A stretch of DNA of 64,000 nt from the human T2T-CHM13v2.0 reference genome, Homo sapiens (GCF_009914755.1 NC_060925.1); one strand, 5' to 3'. Counted from the first letter of the stretch, positions 14,888-28,175 are shown. Translations and numbers: made by a program. Notes: generated from the sequence alone by a model not told the origin.

Positions 14888-16302
14888 TTAAGCACAGAGC
14901 CTGGCCCACAACACACACTCTGTAAGTGTTCGTCATTCTTTCCTGAACGCCAGAAGCAGCTGCCAGAATCCACAGATGAGACTGAGGGAGGGAAGGGGCT
15001 TCCAGGTCAGCTAGCTTAGCAGCACAGGGCATACGGACCTCATTCAGAGTGTCCCTCACAGATGTCATGAGGGCTCTGCCTGGACAGATTCCATGATGTG
15101 TGCAGGGGGTAGGAAGCACGGGTTCTTTTGCTTGGGGGTTACCATCTTGAATTCTGGCTTCTAATGCCCATCTACTTCCGGAGTATGTCAATGCCCAGCG
15201 TGAACCTGAAGCCCTGCCTCCACTGAGCAGGGCTGTCATCCAGAATTGCCTCCTTGACATGACAGCCACCCAGCCCTCTGAAGACGGTCTGTCCTGTCTT
15301 CTTTAGATGACACCTCCCTATGTCTCTCCAAGCCCCACTCAGGATGCCACTCAGGACACCTCCCAGGCATCTGCTCCTCAGCCCCTCCTCAGTGTTCATC
15401 CATCTGTCAACATCCCTTGCTGGGAACGTTGGTCTCATGCTGCAGAGGCAGGTGCCTGGCCCAACGTGTTCAAACAGGAGAAATCTGCTCTTTTAGACTA
15501 TACCATTCAAAAAAATTAGTGGACCTTTTTTTTCTCCTCCAAAGAATCTTGGGGTTCCATTAATCACTAAAGGTCGATGAACATTAACCTGTTGGCCAAT
15601 TTTTCCCGCTGGAGCCTCGATCTTTTTGACATTGTGGAGCCTGAACAGCAATCTCTGCAGAGAACTGCTTCAGAGTTTTCTTTCCACCCACATAGAGGGC
15701 ACAGGCTTCCAGGATGAGCAGCCTCAGCGTCTTGGATTGAGGAACTCCAATCGCTCAATTAGGTGGCTTTCCCCTACACTGGAAGAGTCATCATCTGTAT
15801 AAATCTCTCCTTTTTCTCCTCCTTGGCTCACAGGGGAGCCTGCAGATGAGGGGAGAGGAGGGGAAACCTGGCTAGCTCCCATGCTCACAAGCCCTCTGCA
15901 AACAGGGTAGGGCTGGAGGGTATTCTGGGGTCTAGGTTAGTCCTTAGCAGGCCTGTGACACAGAATAAATACAGACAGTCTCCAATTTACACTGGTTTGA
16001 CTTATGATTTTTGACTTCATGATCATGTGAAAGCAACAGGCATTCAGTAGAAATTTCTTCAAATGTTGACCTTTTCCTTGGCTAGTGATATGCTGTGCAA
16101 TGCTGGGTGGTGGCAGTGAGCTGCAGCTCCCAGTCAGCCAGGCGATCACGAGGGTAAACAACCATGAAATATTCAACACTTTATTATAAAAGAGGCTTTG
16201 TGTTAATTTTGCCCAGCTGCAGGCTAATGTAAGTGTTCCAGGCATGTTTAAAGTAAACTAGGCTAAACTATGCTCTTTGGTAGGTTAGGTGTATTAAATG
16301 CA

Positions 16303-16426
16303 TTTTTTTTAGAGGCAGGGTCTCACTATGTTGTACAGGCTGGTCTCAAACTCCTGGACTCAAGTGGTCTCCGTCCTCAGCCTCCCACATTGCTGGTACT
16401 ACAGGAACTCGCCACTGCACCCAGCT
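16303..16426 (-). mobile_element. Alu monomer (FLAM-like)
   Basis: Single arm; TSD ttaaatgcattttt at 16294-16307 and 16427-16440. Confidence 0.82.
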
Positions 16427-16455
16427 TTAAATGCATTTTTGACTTAAGATATTTT

Positions 16456-16746
16456 CTTTTTTTTTGAGACAGGGTCTCGCTCTGACACCCAGGCTGGAGT
16501 GAAGTGGTGCAATCTTGGCTGACTGTAGCCTTGATCTCCCAGGCTCAAGGGAACCTTCCCGCCTCAGCCACCCAAGTAGCTGGGTCTACAGATGTGTGCG
16601 ACCACACTCAGCTATTTCATATTTTTTGTGGAGACAGGGTTTTGCCATGTTGCCCAGGCTGGTCTTGAATTCCTGGGCTCAAGTGATCTGCCTACCTTGG
16701 CCTCCCAAAGTGCTGGGATTACAGGTGTGAGCCACTGTGCTTAACC
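16456..16746 (-). mobile_element. AluJ-like
   Basis: Full dimer; degenerate TSD gacttaagatatttt / gacaaggtatttt. Confidence 0.88.
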
Positions 16747-17550
16747 TGACAAGGTATTTTCAATTTACTAGGGGTTTATCACAGGGACGTAACCCCATTA
16801 TAAGTCGAGGAGCTTCTGCATGCTGTCTTAAGTGCACCATCGTATCTAGCAGTGGGTAACTAGCAGTGGAACCCGACCAGCCTGGGTAAATAGCAGTGGG
16901 AAAGCCAAATAAGAAGGCATTGGCTGTGGCCTCATCTATACCCAGCATTCTGCACCTAAGGAGCAAGCATATCGCAAGATTTCCTGAGCCCTACCTTATA
17001 AATAATTCCCTGCCTGCCTACTTTTGTCTTAAGTGCTGCTATTAAAACATTGGGTGTCTTGGTGCTTGGCCTGTGGCAAGAGCTCATGGCTACTCTCTTC
17101 TTTGCCACACCACATACCCTACTGTATATGACTCTGGGGGTGTTTCTTACCCCTACAGGTGCCTTCCTGTAGTCCTGCGACGTACAGACACACCTCCGGT
17201 ATTGCACTTGTCACGCTATGTCGATGAATATTTTTAACGTGTCCATCTCTCCTACTGGAGAGGCAGTGAGGGCTCCCTCTATCTCTAGTTCTGAGGGGCC
17301 AAGCATGAAGCTCACTCTATGGTGGTGTGGTTAACCAAACAGTCCATGCCTAGATTTGCATTGGTGCAGGTCTTATCTTCCCAACTCTTTATTGTAAAAC
17401 TTCTTGAAAACAGGGACCTGTCCAACTCTTACCAATAAATAAATAAATAAAATAAAAATAAATAAGTATTCTTAGGCTCTAGAAAAGAACACTGAAGAAA
17501 GCATTGCCCCAGCCCTCTAGTTCAGACTCCCAGGTGGTCAACAGCAGTGA

Positions 17551-18159
<609 letters not shown>

Positions 18160-19653
18160 TAGATAGTGGCTGGAAGAAAGTTACCTGGTCAGCTGTGCAG
18201 ACCTAACTGATAGGCTCCTGGGTCAATTACAGTGGGTCTCAAACAGCTACAAAATCGATGTGCCATATAATAAACATTTACTAAGCTCCCAGGTTTTCAG
18301 GACCCAGGTGATCCATCCTGGTCATTTTCTCATGGCCAGGGCAGAGAAGCCAAAAAAGGAGAGGTATGCACTTGCCCCTTCAAATCTTTTCACATACCAC
18401 AGCTGCCTACATCCTACGGGCCAAAGCCAGCCTCAGAAACAGGAGGGCGTGGGGCAGATGCTACGCTAACGAGCGGCACAGCACAATGGGAGAGGACCCT
18501 TAATACGGTCAGCTGCAACTGAGCTTCCCCGCTAAGTCATTCAGGAGAGCTCAATGCATCTGAGGAACTACAATGAAGAAAATGTCCTGTGTACAGAACC
18601 CTACATATGACATTTACAAAGAAGAGAGTCATACACTGGCAGTAGAAGGGACCTCACTGGTTACCTAATCCCATCTTTAATTTCTAGATCACAACTCCAT
18701 ATTCCAGAGCAATGACTGAGCAGCTAGTTCACGTGGGAGGTAAATGCAAGAGCAGGGGCTGCCTATGCCTTGGGGATGGACGAGGGAAGAGGCAGGTTGA
18801 GGCCCAGGGGAGAAGCCAGCTCTGTGCTGACCAGCTGTCTGGCAGGTAACCCCTGTGAGCCAAAGCCACCTCATGTAAGAAATGGGATCAACACGGCCTG
18901 CTCTCTATGTCTTACAAGGCTGTGGGGAGGATCAGGGAACTGCAGTGTGAAAGCTCTGACGGTGTAAGGTATTATTCTGCCCCAGGGCTGTGCTTGCCCA
19001 GGCTGCTGACCTTCAAAAGCTGTCAAACCAAGATTAGCACCTGGAGAACCAAGAAAAGGGGCAGGACTCTAAAAAAACAACTGTCCCCGGGTCATGTGGC
19101 TCCTCTACGTCTCCTGGCCCCTCACAGGCAGAGATGTCCTTTCCCTGCGCTGTGCCTGCCACAGGCACCTTCAGTTGGACCTAGGAACAAAGAGAGGGAC
19201 TGCGGGGGCTGAGAAAGTTCTCATGCCAGTCCTGTCACGGCACAGCCTGAAACTGAAGGGTAATTAATTGCCTCCTTGGCTCTGCACCTCTGAGCACATT
19301 TTGAGGGCTGCCCCTGGCAATGGTGGAAGCTACGCTGCTTTTGACTGGGAGTTGTCAGCTTCAATTCTGGCTTCTAAAAACAAACTTTCACGCTGCTGCA
19401 AAACCTCCTAGAATCAAGAGTTTTAGAAATGAAAGGAAACTTCAAGGTACCAACCCAAACTTCTTATAGATGTGGATTTTACAGATTTTATAAATTTGGG
19501 AACGAATCTGAACTGAGAGAGAGAGATCTGTGGCCTTGGCCTTGCCTGGTGACAGATGTGATTTCTAGCTCCTCACTAACTGTAGAGGGAGAAGGGAGTG
19601 GTGCCAGATGCACACAGGATCCGCATGTAAACATTTATTCCAAAGCTACACAG

Positions 19654-19965
19654 GGCCGGTATGGTGGCTCTTGACTGTAATCTCAGCATTTTGGGAGGCC
19701 GAGGCGGGATGATCACTTGAGCCCAGGAGTTCAAGATCAGCCTGGGCAACACAGTGAGACTCCATCTCTACCAAAATGAAAATAAAAATAAATTAGCCAG
19801 GAATGGTGTCACATGTCCATGATCCCAGCTACTTGAGAGGCTGAGGTGACCAGATCACTTGAGCCTGGGAAGTTGAGGGTGAAGTAAACTATGATCATGC
19901 TGCTTTACTTCAGCCTGGGTGACAGAGTCAGACCCCGTCTCAAAAAAAAAAAAAAAAAAAAAAAA
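19654..19965 (+). mobile_element. AluJ-like, followed by an L2 3' end (~19990-20085)
   Basis: Full dimer with long A tail, TSD aaagctac; L2 end gtgctcaataaatatttactgaaagaataaatgaatg. Confidence 0.87.
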
Positions 19966-21366
19966 GCTACCTAGGCAGATCTCAAGGATGGCAGGACCAC
20001 GTTTGCATATCCCAATGCCTGGCACAATTGTGTGCAGGTAGCAGGTGCTCAATAAATATTTACTGAAAGAATAAATGAATGTCCCTTGGGAAAGTTTACA
20101 TAAAATGAACCCGACGCACCTGTACCTATGGGAGTATCATCACAAAAGGCACTATAGAGATGGCAGAGGACTCTGGAGAATGTGAGGGGACAAGGAGCTG
20201 AGGCTGCACCTCCAGGAGTGAGGGAATTCTGCTCTGGGATAGGTCCAGTCTGGCAAGACCCCAAACAATGCCTATGCACAAGCAGAGCCCCAGAGTCTGG
20301 CTGGAGATCCTGACCCCAACTCAACCTGAAGGTCCCTCAGACCTGCAGAAGGAGCCGAGATGGTGCTTTGGAGGGAAGACATTTTCCCGGAGCAAGCGCA
20401 CTTTCCCCACTGTGGTTCTGGAGTGGATGTGGGGAGGAGATGTTCGGCAGAATCTTCCTACGAATCCTGCTGTAGTTCAGGGAAAGATGGAAGTGCAAAA
20501 ACCCTGTGCCTTGGGGCCTGGAGATGCGGTCAAGCGAGGGCAGCAAGTGAGCGTGCGGTCAGCAGTCACCACAGGGCTGGCCTGCCTGTCTGATGAGAGA
20601 AGGTGTCGCTGCGCAGCACGCATGAAAAACTAGACTAGGCAGGGAGACGTCACTTAGGAGCCACATTCTGGTGTGTATCTGTCCCCACCATCTCCCTTTG
20701 TGTACCCTACTGCTCCTGGCAGCTCAACCTCAGATGCTTTTCCTGGGAGTATCATCACAAAAAGCAGAGCTCAGGCACCTCTTGTGAAACATGCACCCAT
20801 GTTGGCCATGCTGGCTCCAAGGTCCTATGACTCGGGCACGTGCTCCTGCTGAAGGTTATTCATAATTTCACCAGCAGGCTGTTGGTGGAGGTCTGTGAAG
20901 AAGGCATCCTGGAAACAGGAAGGTTGGGCAGATACCTGGTGGGAGTGGGGAGGCCTTCTGGGACAGCCTTAAGTTTCAAAGCCACAAGTCCAAAAGTCTT
21001 GAGGGACAGCCTCCAGGGAGATGGTAGAAACCTCGTATGACCCACTGTTTGGGTGACACTTCCAGCCAACATTGCTACGGCCTGAGCCTTGATGAGTCAT
21101 TTACCCAGATGGGCTTGAGTCTGGAGGAAGAATGTGCAGGGAACGGGGCCAGGGGTGGCAGCAGCCTCTCCAGGGCTGGCTACCCGCTGCCTCGGTGAGG
21201 AGGGAGCAGCCCAGCCCTGGCCTCCGCAGGAGCATCTGGGTGGACTTGGACCCACAGTGAAAAGGGTATGTGAACAAGTTCTTGGGTATCAGATGAGCCC
21301 AAGTCGCCCGGATTTTCTTCCCCGACCCTCTTCACCGACCCTCCCCGGGCTCAGCCCAGGGCTCAC

Positions 21367-21501
21367 CTGGATGATGAAGCCAGTGGAAGAACATTGTCTG
21401 ACCCAGAGGCTGAATTTCCGCTTTTTCCTCTTTCGCAGCTCCCGCTCTGTGCACGTGGCAATGAATACAGGATCCTCATCGATCAGGGGTTCATGTAGCA
21501 C
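21367..21501 (-). CDS. PGBD5: PGBD5 coding exon 3 ([12 protein letters not shown]...RKRKKRK...GFIIQ)
   Basis: Acceptor ctttttccctcctggcag|GTG, donor CAG|gtgagc; 135 nt = 45 codons, phase 0 to 0, continuing the exon-2 frame. Confidence 0.97.
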
Positions 21502-22510
21502 CTGCCAGGAGGGAAAAAGCAGAGGCTCTCACGGAAGGCAGCATGAGCTTGAGGGCTCATCAGATTGGAGCTCAAATTCAGCCTCTGCATTTGAGCAGCT
21601 CTGTGACCTTAACTAAGTTACTTTACCTCTCTGATCCTGACCCTTCTTATCTATAGGAGGGTGGTATCATTATCTATACTACTGTTTCCAGAAAGGATGC
21701 AGTAAGAAAGGATTCAACATGCAAAATAGCACCGGCCCTGATACACAGTAGATATTTCATCAATGGAATTTATTATTATTGTTATTATTGGCCTAAGGTC
21801 CCTTGTCCCAACTCTCACTTGGTTGAGGGATCTCTGGCATGGGTCCTGTGTCCTCTGGCTGGACATGCCTGGTGATGGGCACCCACTTCTTTTCATGGAA
21901 GCCCCTTCCACTCATGGAAAGTTCCAACTGCTAAAAAAGTCTTTCACTGATCCACAATTTACCTATATTTAACTGAAACCTAGGGATGTGACTTCTGTCC
22001 AGTGAGAAACAAAGAAAAAAAATGCTATTTTTTTTGGATTTTCAAGACAGCCCTCGTGTCAGCCCACGACCTCCTTCTTCCAGGCTGAACCTCCTCTTTT
22101 TATAAATCATTCATCAAATGACCCAGTTCCCTGTTGGCCTGTTGCAACACACAGCCTCTGGTTCTCCTCTAGGTTGTCATGACCTTTCTGACAAGATTCC
22201 CAAGGCAATTTTGAAACTAATTTCATCTATTTCAACTTTTTGATAACATGATTATATGACTTTTCCCAATGATAAGACAATAAAGAAAAAAGAGATGGCA
22301 TAATAAAAATAGGCTCCAAGGAGTGGCCACAGATCTGCTTCTTCAAGGTAAAGCTCTTTCGGGAGGCTTTAGGATAAACTTCAGGAACGTGCTACACTTC
22401 CCTCCCTGATCCTATCTCAAGCTTAATTATGAATTAGATTGTGCATCTGTAGGGAACTGAAATGAAGAGTGCAGGCAATGATTCCCAGAACTCTACACGA
22501 TGCCCTAGAT

Positions 22511-22812
22511 CAGGGGTCAGCAAATTACTGCCTAGTCTGGCCCACGTCTGTTTTTGTAAATAAAGTTTTATTGGAACACTGCCATGCTCACTCATTTAAA
22601 TATTGTCTGTGGTTGCTTTGGGGCTACAATATCAGAACTGACAACACGCAACAGTGACCACACCGATACAAAGTCTAAATACTTACCATCTGGCTATTTA
22701 CAGAAAAAGTTTGAACAAATCAGTCACCTGAGGATCCTGCTAAAATGTGGATTGTGATTCTGTGAGGCCGGGTCTGAGACTGTGCATTCCCAACAAGCTC
22801 CCAGGTGATGGC
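22511..22812 (+). mobile_element. MER58A-like MITE (22511-22713) plus MER5-like fragment (22718-22812)
   Basis: caggggtcagcaaa...gtttttgtaaataaagttttattggaacac...tttacagaaaaagtttg; then ctgtgcattcccaacaagctcccaggtgatg. Confidence 0.75.
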
Positions 22813-24708
22813 AGAAAAAGGTCTTCCAAGGACAGAAGGGAGGATGATACTTACCATGTGTGATGTGGACAGCAGCCTTCCATTCTTCTAGGAATGGAAG
22901 GTGGGCTGAGGTTGAATGCAAATTGAATGCAAGGTTACCGTGCATTCAATTTTCGAAAAGTGACAGCCCTGCACTGTTCAGTCTTAGCAGTGCATATCTG
23001 CCTCCTCAGTTTTTCTACTAATGGACACATGGGGACATCACATGTGGTCTCCCCTGTCTTGTGAAGGGGAAGGCTGGGAGGCTGGCCTAGCTGCAACGTC
23101 TCCCCTGGCCCTCACGCCTGGCTTCTTGCACTCGCTGGCTCTTTGTAGCTCATAAAACATTCAAAGCCCCATTTGGAACTATTCAAGTGCAATGAACAAG
23201 TCCCCCACACAGTGGGAGAATGGGAGGGGATGGAGAAGGGAAAAGATGGCATAAAAAAGCCCTCTGCCTGTCCTTTCCCTGCCCAATGATCCTTGCCGAA
23301 GACGTGCATCCTACTCTGTCCTCTGAGGCCACAGCAAATGAAAATTGCCCTCTCTCATTCTCTTCAGAAAGAAAGTGCACCTCTATTCCACTTGCATTGA
23401 ACATATGATCAGTTGCAAATTTATATTTAATCACATGCCTTATCAAAGCAAAAGGGCCAGCAAGAATTTCTGACCCTCAATGATCTTTTTCCTTTTCTAT
23501 CATCATTAAATGAATTATGAATATGTCATTACTAAATGCAGCACGGAACAGCATGCTCCCCAAAGCTCCAAAAACTTTGCCTGCCAGAAAAACCACTTGC
23601 TTCTCCTCCAGGCTACACATGGGTCAGCATTTCTCTGTTACATGACTGTATCTCCTGAGCCTCCTCCTGTGCTTGATGAGCTCGTTTTGAGGTGTGGAGG
23701 GTGGTAGGTATGGTAGGGGAAAGACAAAACATCCATTTATTGATTTGCACAATCCCTCCCCGAAAATATTTCTCTAATTAATCTGGCTCCAGTTTTGAGG
23801 AGATGCAGTATCTCCCCATTTTGTATTTGTGTAGAAACACACACACACACCCCAGCTGCTTTGGTCATTGCTACATTCTGGGAATCCTCTGAAGACTCTA
23901 AGACCAAACTCGTACCAAAGGGTCACAGCTGCTGGAATAAAACGGCTCCCAAGATTGCAGGCTGGAGGGTGCGAGTGAGCTGAGTGTGTGAGGTGAGTGT
24001 GCTGTGTGTTTGGAGTGCAGCCCTGAAGGATGGTGTAAGGGACGGGTGCAGAGTGATTCCTGGGAATCTGCAGCTAATCCATCCACACACACACCTGATG
24101 AGGGCAATGGGAAGAGAACTGTTCCAACTGGTGTCTGCAGGCAGAGACAATGACCCTCCAAGAAAGCCCTGAGGCTTACAAGCAAATCATTGCCTCTCTG
24201 TGAGCTGAATGTTCCAGGGTCCAACAGGGATTTTCACAGAGCCGGAAAGCTGCGAATCCAAGGCTCCTTTAGAGCCTCCAGCTTCTCCAATCAAGCATCA
24301 GGAGAAGAACTCTCTTCCTTCTTTAAGTGGCAGATGCGTCTCTGAGAAGAGCATAAATGCAGGAGCCGAGCAGGGCGGGCCGATGCTGGCAACCCAGGGA
24401 ACAGCAAGGCCTGCAAGCCCCTGGGAGAGCCAGGCCCACCCCAACTGGAAAGCCCGGGGCATCCTCAGCAGATGGGGCAGGCTGCTGCTCCAGGGAATGG
24501 AGGGGCACAGGTGACATACAGGAAGCCCCAGGAAGCATGAGGTTCTGGTCATAGTAAACACCCAACCGTACTCTGTGGTTATGACTTCATCTCCTTTGAC
24601 TTACCTTGCTCTACACCTACTGACACGGAGCTGGTGCAACAGGCTGCGTGGCACCAGTCAGACCCTTTGACTCTCCTGGAGCCACATGCCCCAGGCTGTA
24701 TGATGGAG

Positions 24709-25231
24709 TGTGCTGGGTGTTCTCTGTTTGCCCCCCAGGGTCACTTTCCACCCTGCAGACCCTGAGCTGAGGCCTGGAGGTCAGCTTCTTATAAATTACC
24801 CCACCCAGCTTCTCTGCCCCTAGTTTCTGGCTTGTTCAGCCAAGTGGGAGTCATCAGCAAGAGGCCAGAGAGCAAGGGAGTCAGGGGAGGGACCTATGAT
24901 CAGCCCCTTAAACTTATTTCGAACTTATTTCATGTATTCAATTTTTTGATAACATGATTATATAACTTTTACCAATGATAAGACAATAAAGAAAAAAGAA
25001 ATGGCATCATAAAAATAGGCTCCAAGGAGTGGCCATAGATCTGCTTCTTCAAGGTAAAGCTCTGCCCACCTGCCCTGAGGCCTCTCCCTGGGCTACAGCC
25101 TTCTCTGCTCCCTTCGGGTCTCCCTTAACCCGGATCACACCCCTAGCCAACAGTCCCTGCATCAACATCTCTTCGGCTGCCCTGCTAGATGGAGCTCAGC
25201 ATCTGTGTCCTGCTGGGATCCTCACTACCAC
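24709..25231 (+). mobile_element. LTR33-like ERVL LTR, centre occupied by a copy of unique sequence
   Basis: 5' part ctgtttgccccccagggtcactttccaccc; 3' part gtctcccttaaccc...agtccctgcatcaacatctcttc...catctgtgtcctgctgggatcct. Confidence 0.6.
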
Positions 25232-27303
25232 GTAGGGGCACCGAGTAGAAAACGTAGCAAGAAGAAAATGTAATTTCCCAAATACAGTAAAATAAAAATG
25301 AAATACAAAGTAATGGAAGGAGAGAAGAATGAGCTGGAGGAGAGAGAGGAGGAAGAGGTGGAAAAGTGAAGGCAAAAGTAAAGGGGAAAAAGCCCCAAAC
25401 ATGACCTGAGAGCCCTTCCCCAGATTGAGCCTCATCTCAGGCCCTGCTTCTGCAAGCCTCATCACCTGGAAGCAAATACAAGTGAGCCGCAGAATAACAC
25501 GATCATCCTTCTAGGCTCTCCCTGTTCCTGGTACCCCGGTACTGCCCATCTGAGCCATGTGCTAAGGAGGCAGAGTTGCTCCCTTGGACACCTGCCTACT
25601 TGCCCACCTGCAGTCCAGCCACTGCCCACCCAGCCAGGCTCAGCAATGCTGCTGGGCCTCCCCTCAGGACACCTGTACCTGGGAGCTGCAGAGAGGTGAG
25701 CCCACAAGTCTCAGAATTCCTAGTAGGCGCTGCAGTGTGCCAGAGAGGCCAGGCACTCACCCTGGACTTACACTGCAGATACCTCTTGAGAGATACTTAG
25801 GCACAGCGAGCACACAGCCTTCTGCGGCACCTCTCCAAATGTTTGACCCCAGCATGGTCTGAATGTGCTGTTTATTTTTCCCTTGCATCCAGGCAATCGT
25901 CTCTCATTTGCTTCATTTTCAACCAAGCAAGTATTTAGTGAAAGAAAAGACAATGTGCTCAGGCCCGTCCTTGGTACCACAGGGCCTGTTACAGGGCAGA
26001 GCTCATGTCCTCGAAAGTCTCCACTTCTTGTTAGGAAGGTAAATGACACACTGGAGGATGAGGCGCAGTGGCATCTGGCTGCCCCATCAATAGTGGGGGG
26101 AATTCAGATAACAGGGAATCCACACCGGACTGTGGGCCTTACACTGGCCCTGGAGACTGGATGCATTTGCAAGGCAGAGAGAAGAAGGCGGCGTTCCAAG
26201 GGCCAGAAGGCACGCTGCAAACACTTGGAAATCATAACGAGCCTGACATGTTCACCAGACAGTGGGGAGAACGATCCAGAGAGAATGTAAGGCTCCCACA
26301 GACACGAAATAGGGCACTGCCTTCCCCACAAAAACCCTGTGATTTTCAGCTGTGTGAGGGGAAGGCACGCTATAGAGAGTTAGAGAGAGGACCTACAAGA
26401 GAATGGCAACAAGAATTGGAGGTTTATTTAGAAGAGCCTTAGAAGCAGCACAGGACAGAGAGATGTGCAGTGGGTCTTTAAATATATACATAAAATTGAA
26501 CTGAACTTCTGTTGCCACACAGACCAAGTCAAAGGGAATGGGGCTCACATGGACCAAGAACTTCCTGGTTTGGGTTAGAGACATCTCTAGAAATTAGCCA
26601 TCTCATCGGTTTGCTAGACCAGCCGGGCAAATTTTGAGGAAGACTCTGGAGTTCTATCTCCCCAGGGCCAGGTGCCATTGTCCCAGGTGCAAGTGGATAC
26701 CAGTGGAAGGCAGGAAGGGGCTCGGGAGCTGAGAGTAGGCAGAACCTTTTCTTCTGGAATTGGTTGGGGAAGGTATTAGGGAATCAGACCAGAGATGCCT
26801 GGAGCTCTGCCAAACCCTCATCCAACAGCTCTGGCTCTGCTCTGTGTGGGCATAAGTAACCCCCGATGATCTGAAGAATGGTCCTAATTCCAGGCTCACT
26901 CCCTCTGCCACCCAGGAGGCTTCTAGCCTCCTTTCGTCACCAACAGGTGAGGCCACACTCAGAGAATATGACAATAAAATTAATATTCGCCTGAGCAAAA
27001 CACCATTTGGAAAGTATAATTAAAGATAAGGAAGGAAAGGGAGAAAAGAGGCGGAAGATTGCCTCTCAGAGCAAAAGACTGAATTCTGACTTGTCTGAAG
27101 GCTGGAGCTATTATTATTACTCCCCTCCGATCTCATTTGGATTATGTGGATTAATGGAATGGAAGAATAGCAGAGGTGACCTTGAAGTGAACTCAGAGGG
27201 CAGGCAGGGCAGGAAGGACACCCCAAAGCCCTGCCAACAGACAAGGCTAGGCCGAGAGAGCGAGGACACCTGGACAAGCTCTTACGTCCTGCGTGGGCCT
27301 CAC

Positions 27304-27731
27304 CTGGGTTTGGGAAGGCCTGAAGGCAGAGTCGAAGCTGTTCTGCAGGGAGTCGAGGAAGGGCTGGACCTTGTAGAGCCCGTGCGTGGTCTGGCTGGAG
27401 CGGAAGGCCACGACGTGGAAGTACTTGAGGATCTTCTCGAAGCGGGCCTGGCTCATGACGAGGGCGAGGCTGCGGTTGCTGTAGAAGCCTCCGCTCCAGA
27501 TGCTGAGGACGGACTCGCAGTGGGAGATGCTGGTGGAGATCATGTAGCCCAGGAACGCCTTCATCTCCGTCAGCGTCACCTCCACCCAGGCTCCGTCGCT
27601 CCCAAACCGCTCCTGGAACTTCTTGGCATACATGTTTGTCTGCACCACCATGTTCTTGAGGACGTTGTCTGGGACAAAGAGCTGGAAGAAGTCCACGGCA
27701 CTGGCGCTGGGGGGCATCTTTCGGGTGGGAC
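27304..27731 (-). CDS. PGBD5: PGBD5 coding exon 2 ([22 protein letters not shown]...AFRPSQTQ), piggyBac transposase N-terminal part
   Basis: Acceptor tttgggtttcag|GT, donor CAG|gtgagg; 428 nt, phase 1 to 0. Contains piggyBac-family motifs ([40 protein letters not shown]). High GC3. Confidence 0.97.
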
Positions 27732-28175
27732 CTGAAACCCAAAGACAGGTGGAGTGTTCCTTAGGACGGCCGCCACACCCTGACTCGACACGAGAACGGC
27801 TGCATTTCCAATCCCTGGGTCCCTGGCCGAGTGCCCCCGCTGCCTCCAGTGCTACCGCCTTCCCCTCCAACCTTCCAGAAGCTGCTGCAACCACCTGACA
27901 GTGCCGGCTCCCATAGCTTTTGTACGCCCCTTTGCTCCAAAACAGCCAGCTCTCCTGCTGTGTGTGTGGGAGCGCAGCTCCTCCCAGACACCACAGGAAC
28001 AAACAGCCCTGACACCCGGAGTGCAAGCTGCAGCCTGCATCTCCACACCAGACCGGAGGACAGCCCTCGGGGGGCGCAGTCACGTGGAATCCCTGCTCTC
28101 CAGAACCCGTGTGGCACAGGGTGTCGGTCTAGGGAGTTTCACACACTCGGGGCACAAGCCGAGTCTTAACTAGAG

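Larger units (their letters stand above)
15972..16818 (-). mobile_element. MER47/Tigger5-like TcMar DNA transposon, interrupted by two Alus
   Basis: TA|cagacagtctccaatttac... and ...taagtcgaggagcttctg ends (degenerate TIRs); internal ggtaggttaggtgtattaaatgcatttt and aacactttattataaaa. Confidence 0.78.

Noticed and set aside
27007-27742. 242-aa antisense ORF and 240-aa alternative-frame ORF over exon 2
   Set aside because: Shadow ORFs expected from high GC3 codon usage; both start at TTG and show no recognisable homology.
28061-28081. CTCF-like ccctcggggggcgcag
   Set aside because: Three mismatches in the core; cannot be supported without ChIP data.
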